A stretch of 64,000 nt of DNA from Promethearchaeota archaeon (GCA_048939995.1 JBHLOY010000002.1:464485-528484); one strand, 5' to 3'; shown: positions 38,795-48,951, numbered from the stretch's first letter. Made by a program: numbers and translations. Notes: generated by a model not told the origin, from the sequence alone.

Positions 38795-41647
38795 TTAAAA
38801 TCTGATGTTTCTTCTTCTTGCGAAATACTTCACTACTTCAATTCCAATTATACCCGGCAGAGAAAATAGGATGCAATAGAACCAGTCTGTAAGACTTAGG
38901 AACATAAAATTAATTTGGAAATTTAATCCCGATGCCTCATTTAAAAAATAATTTATTGGTGCTGAGAAACAAATATGCAAAATGTGTAAGGATAATGTAA
39001 AAAGGCTAATAATTAACAATTTCCAATTAAATTCCTCTTTAATACTCTTAAAAAGCGATTTATTTGGTCGCCTGATACTCCAAATGAAGTTTGTCTCAAC
39101 GATATAAAGGGTAGTAATAAACATAGTTCTCGCTTTTTGGGCTAACCCTACTGATCCAGAATAGCTTAAGTCAATATTATAGGAATTTAATGGGATTAGG
39201 TTTGCTAGGGTCATTTGTAATGCTAAGACTAAGCCTAAACCCATTAGGAACGCATGTATAAGTAGCAATCCCCAGATATTTCTGTTTAGTATTTCTTCTC
39301 CATTTCGTGGAGGTTCCTGCATTACATCCTTAGGTGCTTTATCTATAACTAATGCTAAAGAGGGAAGTGAATGGACTATACCAAAAATGTAAAGATGTTG
39401 CCATTCGGAACTAAATAGTTGAAAAACTCCGGGCGGGATGAATTCATAAGTAAAAAATATTAGAGCTTCCATTATATTTAAACAAATAAAGAAGTATACA
39501 ATTACTCTTATCTTAGCAAACAATCCCCTCCCGATTTTTACACCTTTTACTATAGATGTAAAATTATCATCTGATATGACCAAATCTGCTGTTTCTTTAG
39601 CTACATCTGTGCCAGTAATTCCCATAGCTATTCCGGTATTAGCTAACTTTAATGCTAAAGCATCATTTATACCATCACCCGTCATAGCTACAATCTTATT
39701 AGCATTCTGGTACTTTCTTACTATAACCTCTTTATCTGAAGGAGATACTCTAGCAAAAACAGATACACGGTTAAATTCACTGTCATCAAGATCAGATATC
39801 TTGGATCCTTCAGCAACTATATCATTTGGTTTAAATATTCTCATTTGGGAGGCAATTGTTTGAGCAGTGTTTGGATGATCTCCTGTGATCATAGTAACTT
39901 TAATACCTCCAGATTCACATTCTTCTACTGATTCTCTAACATAATTACGAGGTGGATCTAGAATTGATAAAAAACTTAGAAAAGTTAAATCTTTCTCGAT
40001 ATTTTCTCTTGCCTTCTCAGCTTCATTTTCTAACTCTTTATACGCTATAGCTAAGATTCTGTATCCTTGTTTTGCTCTTGATTGTATTTTATCTAATAGC
40101 TCTTGTTTCTTCTCTTTTGACAATAAGCTAATTATTCCATCAATTTCAATCTGATTAGTAATTTCTAATATTTTTTCGGGAGCTCCTTTGGAAAATACAT
40201 AATTAGTATTTTTATCACTATTTAATCTACAAATAGTTGACATTCGTTTGATTTCAGAACTGAATGAAAATTCTTTTAGCTTAGTATAAGATTTTATAAT
40301 ATCATATGGAATATAACCTGCTTTTTCAGCTAAGGTTAGCAATGATGCTTCAGTAGAGGAGCCTAATGCCCTTCTAACTGCCATTTGTTTGACATCTTTT
40401 AGTTTAACTTTAACATCTTCATAAATGAGTCTTGCATTATTATTTAACACACTTGATTCAATGAATTTTTGAAATGTTTTATCTTCTTTTAAATTTACAG
40501 CTTTACCATTATCTAGAATAATACCCTCTGCTTCATAACCAGAACCTGTTACACAATATTCCTTATCATTTATCCAAAATTTTTCAACTGTCATTTCATT
40601 TCTAGTTATCGTTCCAGTTTTATCTGAGCAAATTACAGAAACCCTACCTAAAGATTCAATAGCTGAAAGATTCTTAATTATGACTCCACTTTCAGCCATT
40701 TTTAGTACTCCTGTAATTAAAACTAACGTAGTTAATATAGGCAAATTTATAGGCATAATATTCATTGACCTAAGGATTGAACTAGTTAAAGCTTCACTAA
40801 TATTATCTCCGTAGAAAAGTCCTTGAATTCCTAAGAAGCTGAATTTATATATTATTAGGATAATTAGGATTACAATTACAATACTACCTAAAATATATCC
40901 TATTCTGTTCAATTTTTTAGTTAATGGGATTTCTTCAATACTACCCATTTCATTTAATTGATTCGAGATTTTACCTATTTCGGTATTGATGCCCGTTCCT
41001 GTCACTAAAGCCCTTGCTCTTCCAGTATTTATATAGGTCCCCATAAACACCATGTTAAGTTGTTTTTGTATTGGTAATTCCCCATTTCTCAGAGTATAAT
41101 TATGTTTTTCAACAGGTTCGCTCTCACCAGTTAAGGAAGCTTCATCAATTGTTAAATTAGTAAATTCTATTATTCTAGCATCTGCAGGAGTTTTATCTCC
41201 TTCTTCCAATAAAATTATATCTCCTGGTAATAATTCTCGAGTGGGTATTTCAAATTGTATACCATCTCTTAGAACCACTGCTTTTAAAGCACCAATTTTT
41301 CTAAGGGATTCAAGAGCTTTTTGTGCTCTGAATTGCTGAATTATTACAGTTATAGAATTTAGAATTACTACTATGAACGTAATTATTGTGGATCCCGGTG
41401 AACCTAAAAAAAGCACAAGAATCCCAGAAATAAGTAAAATTATAATCAAAAAATTGAATATAGGAGCTAAATAAATTTTCCAGATTGATTTTTTAATTTT
41501 GGGTAACTCGTTGTATCCAAAACTAGAATAACGAGATTCCAAATCAGATGAATTTAAACCTTTTTCTTTATCACTAGTAAAAGTTTGAATTAATTCTGGT
41601 ATTGTTTGAGAGTAATATTTATTATTAGATATTGGAAATTCTGACAT
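38795..41647 (-). CDS. P-type ATPase, P2-like scaffold with atypical transport site (paralog B)
   Basis: TGES, DKTGTIT, KGAPE, DPPR, MITGD, GDGIND; M4 reads MNIMPINLP, M6 IFGIVHSLP. Confidence 0.93.
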   Translation of the reverse strand: MSEFPISNNKYYSQTIPELIQTFTSDKEKGLNSSDLESRYSSFGYNELPKIKKSIWKIYLAPIFNFLIIILLISGILVLFLGSPGSTIITFIVVILNSITVIIQQFRAQKALESLRKIGALKAVVLRDGIQFEIPTRELLPGDIILLEEGDKTPADARIIEFTNLTIDEASLTGESEPVEKHNYTLRNGELPIQKQLNMVFMGTYINTGRARALVTGTGINTEIGKISNQLNEMGSIEEIPLTKKLNRIGYILGSIVIVILIILIIYKFSFLGIQGLFYGDNISEALTSSILRSMNIMPINLPILTTLVLITGVLKMAESGVIIKNLSAIESLGRVSVICSDKTGTITRNEMTVEKFWINDKEYCVTGSGYEAEGIILDNGKAVNLKEDKTFQKFIESSVLNNNARLIYEDVKVKLKDVKQMAVRRALGSSTEASLLTLAEKAGYIPYDIIKSYTKLKEFSFSSEIKRMSTICRLNSDKNTNYVFSKGAPEKILEITNQIEIDGIISLLSKEKKQELLDKIQSRAKQGYRILAIAYKELENEAEKARENIEKDLTFLSFLSILDPPRNYVRESVEECESGGIKVTMITGDHPNTAQTIASQMRIFKPNDIVAEGSKISDLDDSEFNRVSVFARVSPSDKEVIVRKYQNANKIVAMTGDGINDALALKLANTGIAMGITGTDVAKETADLVISDDNFTSIVKGVKIGRGLFAKIRVIVYFFICLNIMEALIFFTYEFIPPGVFQLFSSEWQHLYIFGIVHSLPSLALVIDKAPKDVMQEPPRNGEEILNRNIWGLLLIHAFLMGLGLVLALQMTLANLIPLNSYNIDLSYSGSVGLAQKARTMFITTLYIVETNFIWSIRRPNKSLFKSIKEEFNWKLLIISLFTLSLHILHICFSAPINYFLNEASGLNFQINFMFLSLTDWFYCILFSLPGIIGIEVVKYFARRRNIRF

Positions 41648-41730
41648 AAAAAATCTAGAAGATAATATTGAATAATTATAATTATAAAATTAAAACTTAT
41701 TAATTAATCATCCTTTAAACCAATGATTAA

Positions 41731-42696
41731 TTATGCCTTGATAGTTTGAGGATCTCCAAGAATGCCTTTTAAAACGTTAAATTTTTTTCTAATTGTAGTA
41801 CTTGAGAATTTTGTGGTTTCTTCTATAATACTCTGGGTAAAAATTTTCTTATTATCAAGTGTTTGCCCTATATAATAAATCAAGCCAGCAGTAAAGGCTT
41901 TATAATTCAGATTTTGAACATCAGAGTATTTTATCTGCTGTAGTAATTTGGCGACTAGTAATTGCATCTCAACTTTTAATTTATCATATTCAGATTTGCT
42001 TGAAAAATGATTTTTTATTTTATCATAGGTAATATTATTAAGATCTTTTTGGAATAATATTTTAATTTTTTCTTTGATTTCACGTTCTAGAGTTGAAGTA
42101 TCCTTGAGATCTTTATTGAACGTATTCTCTGTTCGCTTTACCTTAAGCATAGCATTATTAAGCATTTTTTTATTAATTTTATGTCCTAATTCTCGAGCAA
42201 TTCTAATGTATTCTTCTAACCTTACGTTTGTTGTATCTTTTATTTCCAACCAGAGAATTGCTAAAAAGATTATAACCATATTTTGATATGTATGTCTATG
42301 ATACTTGTTATATTTAAGATATCTATCCTTGATTTCTTGATACTTTACTTTATCAATATTTAATCCTATCCCATAACTCTTAAATAGTTCAATAGTTTTT
42401 TTTTGTTCAGAAAAGCTTGATTGATAATCTCTATACCAAATGTCTAATGTCTTTATTTGGTCATATTTTTGTTTTATTTTGGGGTCTTGAATTGCTTTTG
42501 AATCACCTGACCTAATTTTTCGCTCATAATTTATCTGAGAATCTGAATATAAAATAGGGGTGGTAGATTCCTCAAAAGCAATGCGATCCTCAAAAATTAA
42601 ACCGCAATCTTTACAAACTAAATAACCACCATTTTGCTCAATATTCTTATGGTCACATTTAGAGTCTTCAGAGTTTATAGTTCTTTTTTTTTTCAA
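41731..42696 (-). CDS. Divergent TFIIB/TFB-like protein (zinc ribbon + cyclin-like repeats)
   Basis: CDH...LVCKDCGLIF zinc ribbon; C-terminal AFTAGLIYYIG...TQSIIEETTKFSSTTIRKKF resembles the TFB C-terminal HTH. Confidence 0.7.
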   Translation of the reverse strand: MKKKRTINSEDSKCDHKNIEQNGGYLVCKDCGLIFEDRIAFEESTTPILYSDSQINYERKIRSGDSKAIQDPKIKQKYDQIKTLDIWYRDYQSSFSEQKKTIELFKSYGIGLNIDKVKYQEIKDRYLKYNKYHRHTYQNMVIIFLAILWLEIKDTTNVRLEEYIRIARELGHKINKKMLNNAMLKVKRTENTFNKDLKDTSTLEREIKEKIKILFQKDLNNITYDKIKNHFSSKSEYDKLKVEMQLLVAKLLQQIKYSDVQNLNYKAFTAGLIYYIGQTLDNKKIFTQSIIEETTKFSSTTIRKKFNVLKGILGDPQTIKA

Positions 42697-42848
42697 AAGC
42701 GGCTCAACTTATTATTCAAATATCTATTCTAATTTTCAAAAAGAAAAATATGCAAAATTTTTATTTAAATTTTTATAAAATGTCATCAAAATAATTATTA
42801 TAAATAATTCTCTTATTAAATAATAACTATAAAACAGTATAAGCAAGG

Positions 42849-43403
42849 ATGAAAAAAAACTCGATTCTTAAATATTTGAAATACTTTAGTGTTGGTTTTA
42901 TCATTGTATTAGCAGTTGAGGTTATAGATATTGCTTTATTCAGTTCTATAATTGACCTTAATTTAGGGATTTACAATTTAAATATAATTACAATCATTTT
43001 TACATCAGGTTTTACTTCATTAGAAGTCATGCTAGAATGGTTAATATTATTTACAATCATCTGTGCATTTCTAATACTCGGAACTATAATGCTTATATTA
43101 TCATTTAAAAAGAACCTCGAAGAAAAGTTACTAATTAAATTTATTCTATTAATTGGTTTATTTTTTCTTATTTCTGGTTTAATTAAAACATTTATAATCT
43201 ATCTTTTAGGTATGTCTACTATTCAATACGACAGTACCTCTATCACAGTTCAAAATGCGATCTATACTGAATCAATAACTCCCTTCATAGGGGTTATAAT
43301 GTGGATTTACTTTTGGGCTGTTAGCATGGTCATTTTAACATCAGGACTTATTCTTGGAGGCGTTGGACTTAAATCCTTATTGGATAATGAAGGAAAAAAA
43401 TAA
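42849..43403 (+). CDS. Four-TM membrane protein, unknown function
   Basis: 184 aa, strongly hydrophobic segments. Confidence 0.72.
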   Translation: MKKNSILKYLKYFSVGFIIVLAVEVIDIALFSSIIDLNLGIYNLNIITIIFTSGFTSLEVMLEWLILFTIICAFLILGTIMLILSFKKNLEEKLLIKFILLIGLFFLISGLIKTFIIYLLGMSTIQYDSTSITVQNAIYTESITPFIGVIMWIYFWAVSMVILTSGLILGGVGLKSLLDNEGKK

Positions 43404-43442
43404 AAGCCGTTATTAAAAATAAGTAAAAAAGAAAGTCTTAAT

Positions 43443-44366
43443 TTATAACAATTTCCTTTTAATTTGCTTTGCTCTACTTCTTAGGGTCACTTCGGTGATT
43501 TTAGCAACATCTGCTACAATAGACTGAGTTTTGCGGAGTCCACGATCCTTAGCGGAAATATATATGCAAGCAGCTGCTAATCCTTTTGGATCTTTTCCAG
43601 TACGTTTCAATCCATTTTCAGAAGCTTTTCTAAGCATATCAATTGCACATTTCTGAACTGCCATGGGCAAATCAAGCTCGTTTCCAAAACGGAAAACCAA
43701 ACTTTCAGCTGTAATAGGCTGATAACGTAACCCTAATTCAGGTAATACTTCTCGTATGATCATAGCCAAGCTTCTGTGAACTGTTCGTCTTGGAGTTAGC
43801 GATGCCTCACAAACCTCATCTAATAAACGAGGAAAATCATGAACTCTTATAGCCGCATATAGGGATCCTGCTATAAAACCATTGATTGAACGGCCCATCG
43901 TTAACTTTTTCTTTGCTACTATACTATAAACTTTCCAAGCAGTTTCACTTATATATTCTGGAATATTTAATTTTGAAGTGAGCATTTTTAATTTGGGCTT
44001 TGCTTCCCAAAAGTTTCTCTCAATACTTGAAATTAAAGAATTTTGAATTTTTGATAATCTTGAGAATAAAGCTTGTTCTTTTGGTCCTATTGATTTTCCT
44101 TTTGAATCTGTTTTGGTTGAGGGTAACATTGTCCTCGGGCCAAAATCCCTCCACCTTGGTTCAGTTCTACGTCTTGTTTGAACTTCTTCGGCTGTATACG
44201 CCCTTCGTTCGTTTCCTACATATGTCCTTTCAATAATAATCCCACAATTCAAACAAACCTTATTTCCGTCTCGCTCTTCTATATTTGGGTCTTCACAGCA
44301 ATCACGAATTTGTAAATCATCATCTAAATTCTTATTCTTCAGAAGATCACGGTAAATATTATTCAT
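43443..44366 (-). CDS. tfb: Transcription initiation factor IIB (TFB)
   Basis: VCLNCG zinc ribbon, ERRAY B-reader, LTMGRSI...SLYAAIR, GKDPKGLAAACIY, TQS.VADVA.ITEVTLRSR. Confidence 0.93.
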   Translation of the reverse strand: MNNIYRDLLKNKNLDDDLQIRDCCEDPNIEERDGNKVCLNCGIIIERTYVGNERRAYTAEEVQTRRRTEPRWRDFGPRTMLPSTKTDSKGKSIGPKEQALFSRLSKIQNSLISSIERNFWEAKPKLKMLTSKLNIPEYISETAWKVYSIVAKKKLTMGRSINGFIAGSLYAAIRVHDFPRLLDEVCEASLTPRRTVHRSLAMIIREVLPELGLRYQPITAESLVFRFGNELDLPMAVQKCAIDMLRKASENGLKRTGKDPKGLAAACIYISAKDRGLRKTQSIVADVAKITEVTLRSRAKQIKRKLL

Positions 44367-44634
44367 AATAACTCACTGTAAACGATATGTTGAGAATATT
44401 TCTCTATATAAAAAAATAAAGTTCAGAAAACTAGTCTTTATTATTGCTTTGATATTAACATATTATCCTAGTTGCATTTATAAACCTTTGCTCTGAAAAG
44501 TGAAAATATTGAAAATTTTATCCCATAATATTCCCATTTCATTGAAATTTTTCATTTTCTTTTTTAAAAGGAATAAAAATTTATTTAATTAAAAATCTAA
44601 TAAATCTAAAAATGAAATTTGAGAGGTTCGTGCA

Positions 44635-45150
44635 ATGGATTTTTATGACGTGGTAAAAACAAGAAGAAGTCATCGAATTTTCAAATCCGGGATGATCCCT
44701 TCTAAAGAAAAGATTGAGAGAATATTAAATGCAGCTCGATTAGCTCCCACATGGGCTAATAAACAAGGAATGCATTATATTGTTGTTCAACAACCTGAAA
44801 AATTAAAAGCAGTCTGGAATGCTATTGGACAAGAAAAAAAATTCGTAAATGCGCCCATATTTATAGTTGGAGCGATTTCAGAAGCGGGATCTGGAGCGAA
44901 TAAAAACGAGAACTATTACCCTGTTGACTTTGGAATATGTTTTGAGCATTTAATTCTAGCAGCGACAGCTGAAGGGTTGGGGACATGTTGGATTGGTTGG
45001 TTTGATGAAAAAGAGGTTAAAGAAGTATTGGAGATTCCTAAAAGATATCGTGTTTTAGCTATAACTCCTCTTGGTTATCCAATTAAAGAAAAAGGTGAAG
45101 TTAGAGACAGAAAACCTTTAGAAGAAATTGTTCATTATGATAAATACTAA
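44635..45150 (+). CDS. Nitroreductase family protein
   Basis: RRSHRIF, ARLAPTWANKQ, HLILAATAEGLGTCWIG, PLGYP. Confidence 0.92.
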   Translation: MDFYDVVKTRRSHRIFKSGMIPSKEKIERILNAARLAPTWANKQGMHYIVVQQPEKLKAVWNAIGQEKKFVNAPIFIVGAISEAGSGANKNENYYPVDFGICFEHLILAATAEGLGTCWIGWFDEKEVKEVLEIPKRYRVLAITPLGYPIKEKGEVRDRKPLEEIVHYDKY

Positions 45151-45215
45151 AATTTTTTCTTTTTTTCTAGTTTTCAAGAGGTAAAAGTAAAATAATTTTG
45201 AATTCTATCCTATTT

Positions 45216-46946
45216 ATGAAATTAGTTAGGATTAATTTAGAGTCCGATCAAGTAAATTATGAAGAAATTTCGAAAGATTCAAAATATTTCTTACTAGGAG
45301 GGAGGGGACTAACTTCCCAAATAGTAAATGAGGAGGTTCCTGCCAGAAGTGACCCTTTAGGTTCAAAAAATAAGCTTATTATCGCTAATGGTCTTCTTGC
45401 AGGGAGTCCATTTCCAAACTCTGCTCGTACATCTATAGGGGCCAAAAGTCCTCTCACTAATGGCATAAAGGAGGCTAATGTGGGAGGAAGACCCGCAATG
45501 ATGTTAGCTAGATATGGAATTAGAGCAATTGTTTTGGAAGCTCAATCATTAAATCTAAAAATTATTTTAATCCATAATGAAAAGATTGAATTAATCAATG
45601 CAGACAGTTATAAAGGATTAGGAAACTATAAACTCCATGAAAAGCTAAAGGAGAAATATGGTCATAATATTGGAATTTATTCCATAGGACCAGCAGGCGA
45701 ATTCTTAATGAGAGCAGCCAGTATTGCTGCAAATGATTTAGAAGGATATCCAAGTAGGCATGCTGCTCGTGGAGGATTAGGTGCTGTGATGGGTTCTAAA
45801 AGAATCAAAGCAATCGTGATAGTTCCCCCAAAAGATTCAAAAATTAGAATCAATGATATAAAAGCTTTTAGGGCAGTTTCAAAACCCTTTGCTCAAATGT
45901 TAGCAAATACTAAACAAGTATTTTCCACTTTCGGAACTCCTTTGATGATGAGACCTATGAGTGAATATGGTGGCATACCCACTAAAAATTTTCATTTAGG
46001 TTCTTTTGATAAAATTTCAAACATCACTGGAGAAAAACTCCATGAAATTGTTACCGAGAGAGGTGGAAAGAAGAGGCTCTCTTGTATTCCTACTTGTGTA
46101 ATCAAATGTTCAAATTTAGTAGTCGATAAAGATGGAAACCATATCACTTCTAGCCTTGAGTACGAAACAATGGCTTTAAACGGCCCAAATCTCCTCATTG
46201 ATGATATAGATAGCTTGGCAAAAATTGATAATTTATGCGATGATGTAGGAGTTGATACAATTGAACTTGGTGGAACCATAGGAGTAGCTATGGATTGCGG
46301 AGAAATTGGTTGGGGGGATAGTAAAAAAGTTTTTGAAATTTTAGATAAAGAAATTCGTAATAATACTGAAAAAGGAAAAATTTTTGGAAGTGGTGTTAAA
46401 GCTATCGGGGAAAGTTTAAACGCTAAAAGAGTTCCCGAAGTGAAGGGGCAGGGCATCTCTGCCTATGATTGTCGTGTATTTAAGGCAATGGGGGTAACTT
46501 ATGCAACCTCACCACAAGGTGCAGATCATACGGCTGGAGCAGCAATAGCAGGAAGAGTTGCAAGTCAACATAAAAATTATGGAGAATTAATCGAAAATGG
46601 TAAAAAGCTTGATCTATCTTTTGAATTACAGGTATATACCGCTATATTAGATTCAGTTGGGTGTTGCTATTTTATCGGACCTAGCTATGAGAATATGGAA
46701 ATTATTGCTAATGCAATTAACGCAATGTATGGATTAAGTTTTACCCGAAATGATGTGATTAAGATTGGAATAAATATTTTAAGAACTGAACTTGAATTTA
46801 ATGAGAAAGTAGGAATTACCCAGGAAATGAATGATGTTCCTAATTTTTTCAAAGAAGAGGCATCGGAGCCAAAAGGATTAAAATTTACTTTTAATAAACA
46901 TAATTTAAGTAATTTTTGGAAAAGGTTAGATAATTATAATTTCTAA
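45216..46946 (+). CDS. aor: Tungsten-dependent aldehyde:ferredoxin oxidoreductase family
   Basis: LGGRGL, AKSPLTNGIKEANVGG, IGPAGE, AARGGLGAVMGSK, C..CVIKC, EYET, CDDVGVDTIE, GADH. Confidence 0.92.
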   Translation: MKLVRINLESDQVNYEEISKDSKYFLLGGRGLTSQIVNEEVPARSDPLGSKNKLIIANGLLAGSPFPNSARTSIGAKSPLTNGIKEANVGGRPAMMLARYGIRAIVLEAQSLNLKIILIHNEKIELINADSYKGLGNYKLHEKLKEKYGHNIGIYSIGPAGEFLMRAASIAANDLEGYPSRHAARGGLGAVMGSKRIKAIVIVPPKDSKIRINDIKAFRAVSKPFAQMLANTKQVFSTFGTPLMMRPMSEYGGIPTKNFHLGSFDKISNITGEKLHEIVTERGGKKRLSCIPTCVIKCSNLVVDKDGNHITSSLEYETMALNGPNLLIDDIDSLAKIDNLCDDVGVDTIELGGTIGVAMDCGEIGWGDSKKVFEILDKEIRNNTEKGKIFGSGVKAIGESLNAKRVPEVKGQGISAYDCRVFKAMGVTYATSPQGADHTAGAAIAGRVASQHKNYGELIENGKKLDLSFELQVYTAILDSVGCCYFIGPSYENMEIIANAINAMYGLSFTRNDVIKIGINILRTELEFNEKVGITQEMNDVPNFFKEEASEPKGLKFTFNKHNLSNFWKRLDNYNF

Positions 46947-46948
46947 AA

Positions 46949-47590
46949 TTATTTCATCTCTTTTCGAAGCATTCCATAGAAGTAAAGATTAGAATTAGGA
47001 ACCTTTTTTTTTTTTATAAGTTTAAATCCAAAATGCTCATAAATTTGAATATTTCTTTCATTTTCAGTATGTAAAAAACAAGGTAAGTTTTGATTATCAA
47101 TTTCTGCAAGTTTTGTTTTTAATAATTTGCTAGCATAGCCCATTCCTTGATGTATAGGATCAACTCCAATAATGCTTAAATACCAATGGGGAAAATTTAC
47201 ATATTCATTTTGAACTGAATTAGCAATTTCTTCAACAATACTCATCATTTTTAGAAGTAAAGGATCTGAAATATCCTCTTTTCTCACTCTTCGCATTCTT
47301 CTGATAATATCCTTAGAGGGTTTACTTATTATATGATCTTTTATTCCATGAGGATGCCACACCCCAACACCTTCAATATTATCTGAAGTAATATGTACTT
47401 CACCAGATACAATTCCAATTAAAATCATAAACTCACAGTGAAGAGCATTCTTAATCTTTCTAGTATCAGAATCTGGAAAACAATGCAAAAATAAAGGATC
47501 ATTTTGAAAAGCACGAGCAAGTACCTCACTCGCACCTTCAATTTGATCTTCTAATATGCGTTTGGGCTGATCTAATTGGTTTAAATTCAA
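46949..47590 (-). CDS. GNAT family N-acetyltransferase
   Basis: LARAFQNDP, HWYLSIIGVDPIHQGMGYASKLL, NIQIYEHFGF. Confidence 0.9.
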   Translation of the reverse strand: MNLNQLDQPKRILEDQIEGASEVLARAFQNDPLFLHCFPDSDTRKIKNALHCEFMILIGIVSGEVHITSDNIEGVGVWHPHGIKDHIISKPSKDIIRRMRRVRKEDISDPLLLKMMSIVEEIANSVQNEYVNFPHWYLSIIGVDPIHQGMGYASKLLKTKLAEIDNQNLPCFLHTENERNIQIYEHFGFKLIKKKKVPNSNLYFYGMLRKEMK

Positions 47591-47653
47591 TTTAAACTCA
47601 CAGTTTCTTTAAAGAATTATTTTTACTTATTTGTAAATATATGTTATGATTTA

Positions 47654-48934
47654 TTAATTTTTATGATTCTCATTAGCTAATCTTTTAATAGTTGCAAGAG
47701 TAATTTTAGCTTCAAGTTCCACACACTTTTTATATTCTCCGTTTTCCAGTGAAAGGTAAGCCTGTTGGGTTCTCGTTAGCGGATAAACTCCTCCAACGCG
47801 CTCGGGATAAGTCTCCTTCAATTCAGAAACTAAAGTTTTTGAAAATTCTAATGTGGTTACGAAATGAACATAATCGATTTTTTTCTGCTCAAGTAATTTC
47901 TTTGAAGTGTTTGCATGAGTACTTAAGACACTGCTTTTTTCTTCGTATAATTTCACTTGAAAGTCAATTTTTTTCATTTCCCCAATCGTTGATTTTGATG
48001 GTAAAGTAACAACAATGTCAGGTCTAACCGTTTTTAATTTTCCTTTATCATTTATTCTAATCTGAGGGTTATTTTCTACACTATAGACATTGTTTGAAGA
48101 ATCTGATTTTAAAATTTGAAAAGCTTTCTGTAGAGCGCTTTCAATTATAGATGAGCGACTCCCGGTAGTTTTAATTTTATTGCTCCATAATTTTTCATAT
48201 AAAACTTCGATTTCATAGTCGTCCAATGCAATGTCTGTTTTAAATCGTTTCATTATTTTGAAAGCGTCAGAGATATATTCAACTTCCTTATTTTTCTGGA
48301 ATTCCTCCCAATACTCATTTAAGTATTTTTTAAGATTCCGGATATTTTTCGCAGAGATCCTATAGAGATATTCAATCGCTTCGGGACTAAATGGATAGAT
48401 TGAATGCTCTACCGGTAAAGAAAGAGAATTTTCGTTATATAGACGGTCCAGATGTTTTTTAATTAATCGTTTAACTTGAGGTAAATCCAAAAATTTTAGT
48501 GAAATATTACTTGATGAAAATAATCCTTGGAATTGGTTGTAGTAATCTGTATTTTTCAAGAAAGATATAAATTCCATCCATGTCGACGATGTCCCAATAA
48601 CAATCAATAAAGTTCGGAAAACCTTATTCCTGAAATCAAGGAGCACATTAATAAAATTGACAAACTTTTCCCCTTTATCGGAACCTAAGAATGATTCGAT
48701 ATTATCAATGCCAACGATAATTCCAACAGCTTTATCTCCATATAACCATCCTATTAAGCTGGTGACGGTATTGAATACTTTAGAGGCATCAGTATTATTT
48801 TTAATATATTTTCCCTCTCCATGTTCAATAGCAGACAACTCATCTATCGCTTTTTGAGAAATATCAAATTCGGGATTTAAAACTTGAAATAATTTATCTA
48901 TGAATTGCCAGATCCATATAGTAGGAAAGGGAAA
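47654..48934 (-). pseudogene. N-terminally truncated AAA+/P-loop ATPase with PD-(D/E)xK-like C-terminal domain
   Basis: Walker-B-like IVGIDNIE, sensor LIVIGT, lid YPFSPEAIEYLY...NIRNL, RPDIVV...FQVK; no Walker A; frame open ~32 codons upstream of the TTG at 48838 up to a TGA. Confidence 0.55.
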
Positions 48935-48951
48935 TCATTTCCAGATCCATA
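48908..48951. repeat. 11-bp direct repeat ccagatccata (33-bp period)
   Basis: Copies at 48908-48918 and 48941-48951, at the broken 5' end of the ATPase fragment. Confidence 0.6.

Noticed and set aside
33077-41647. Calling the two pumps either ordinary Ca2+-ATPases or bona fide P4 flippases
   Set aside because: The Ca2+ call fails because the M4 Glu and M6 Asp are missing. The P4 call fails because the A-domain motif is T/SGES rather than DGET, the hinge is GDG[VI]ND rather than GDGAND, and the scaffold is P2-like. Left as an atypical subclass.
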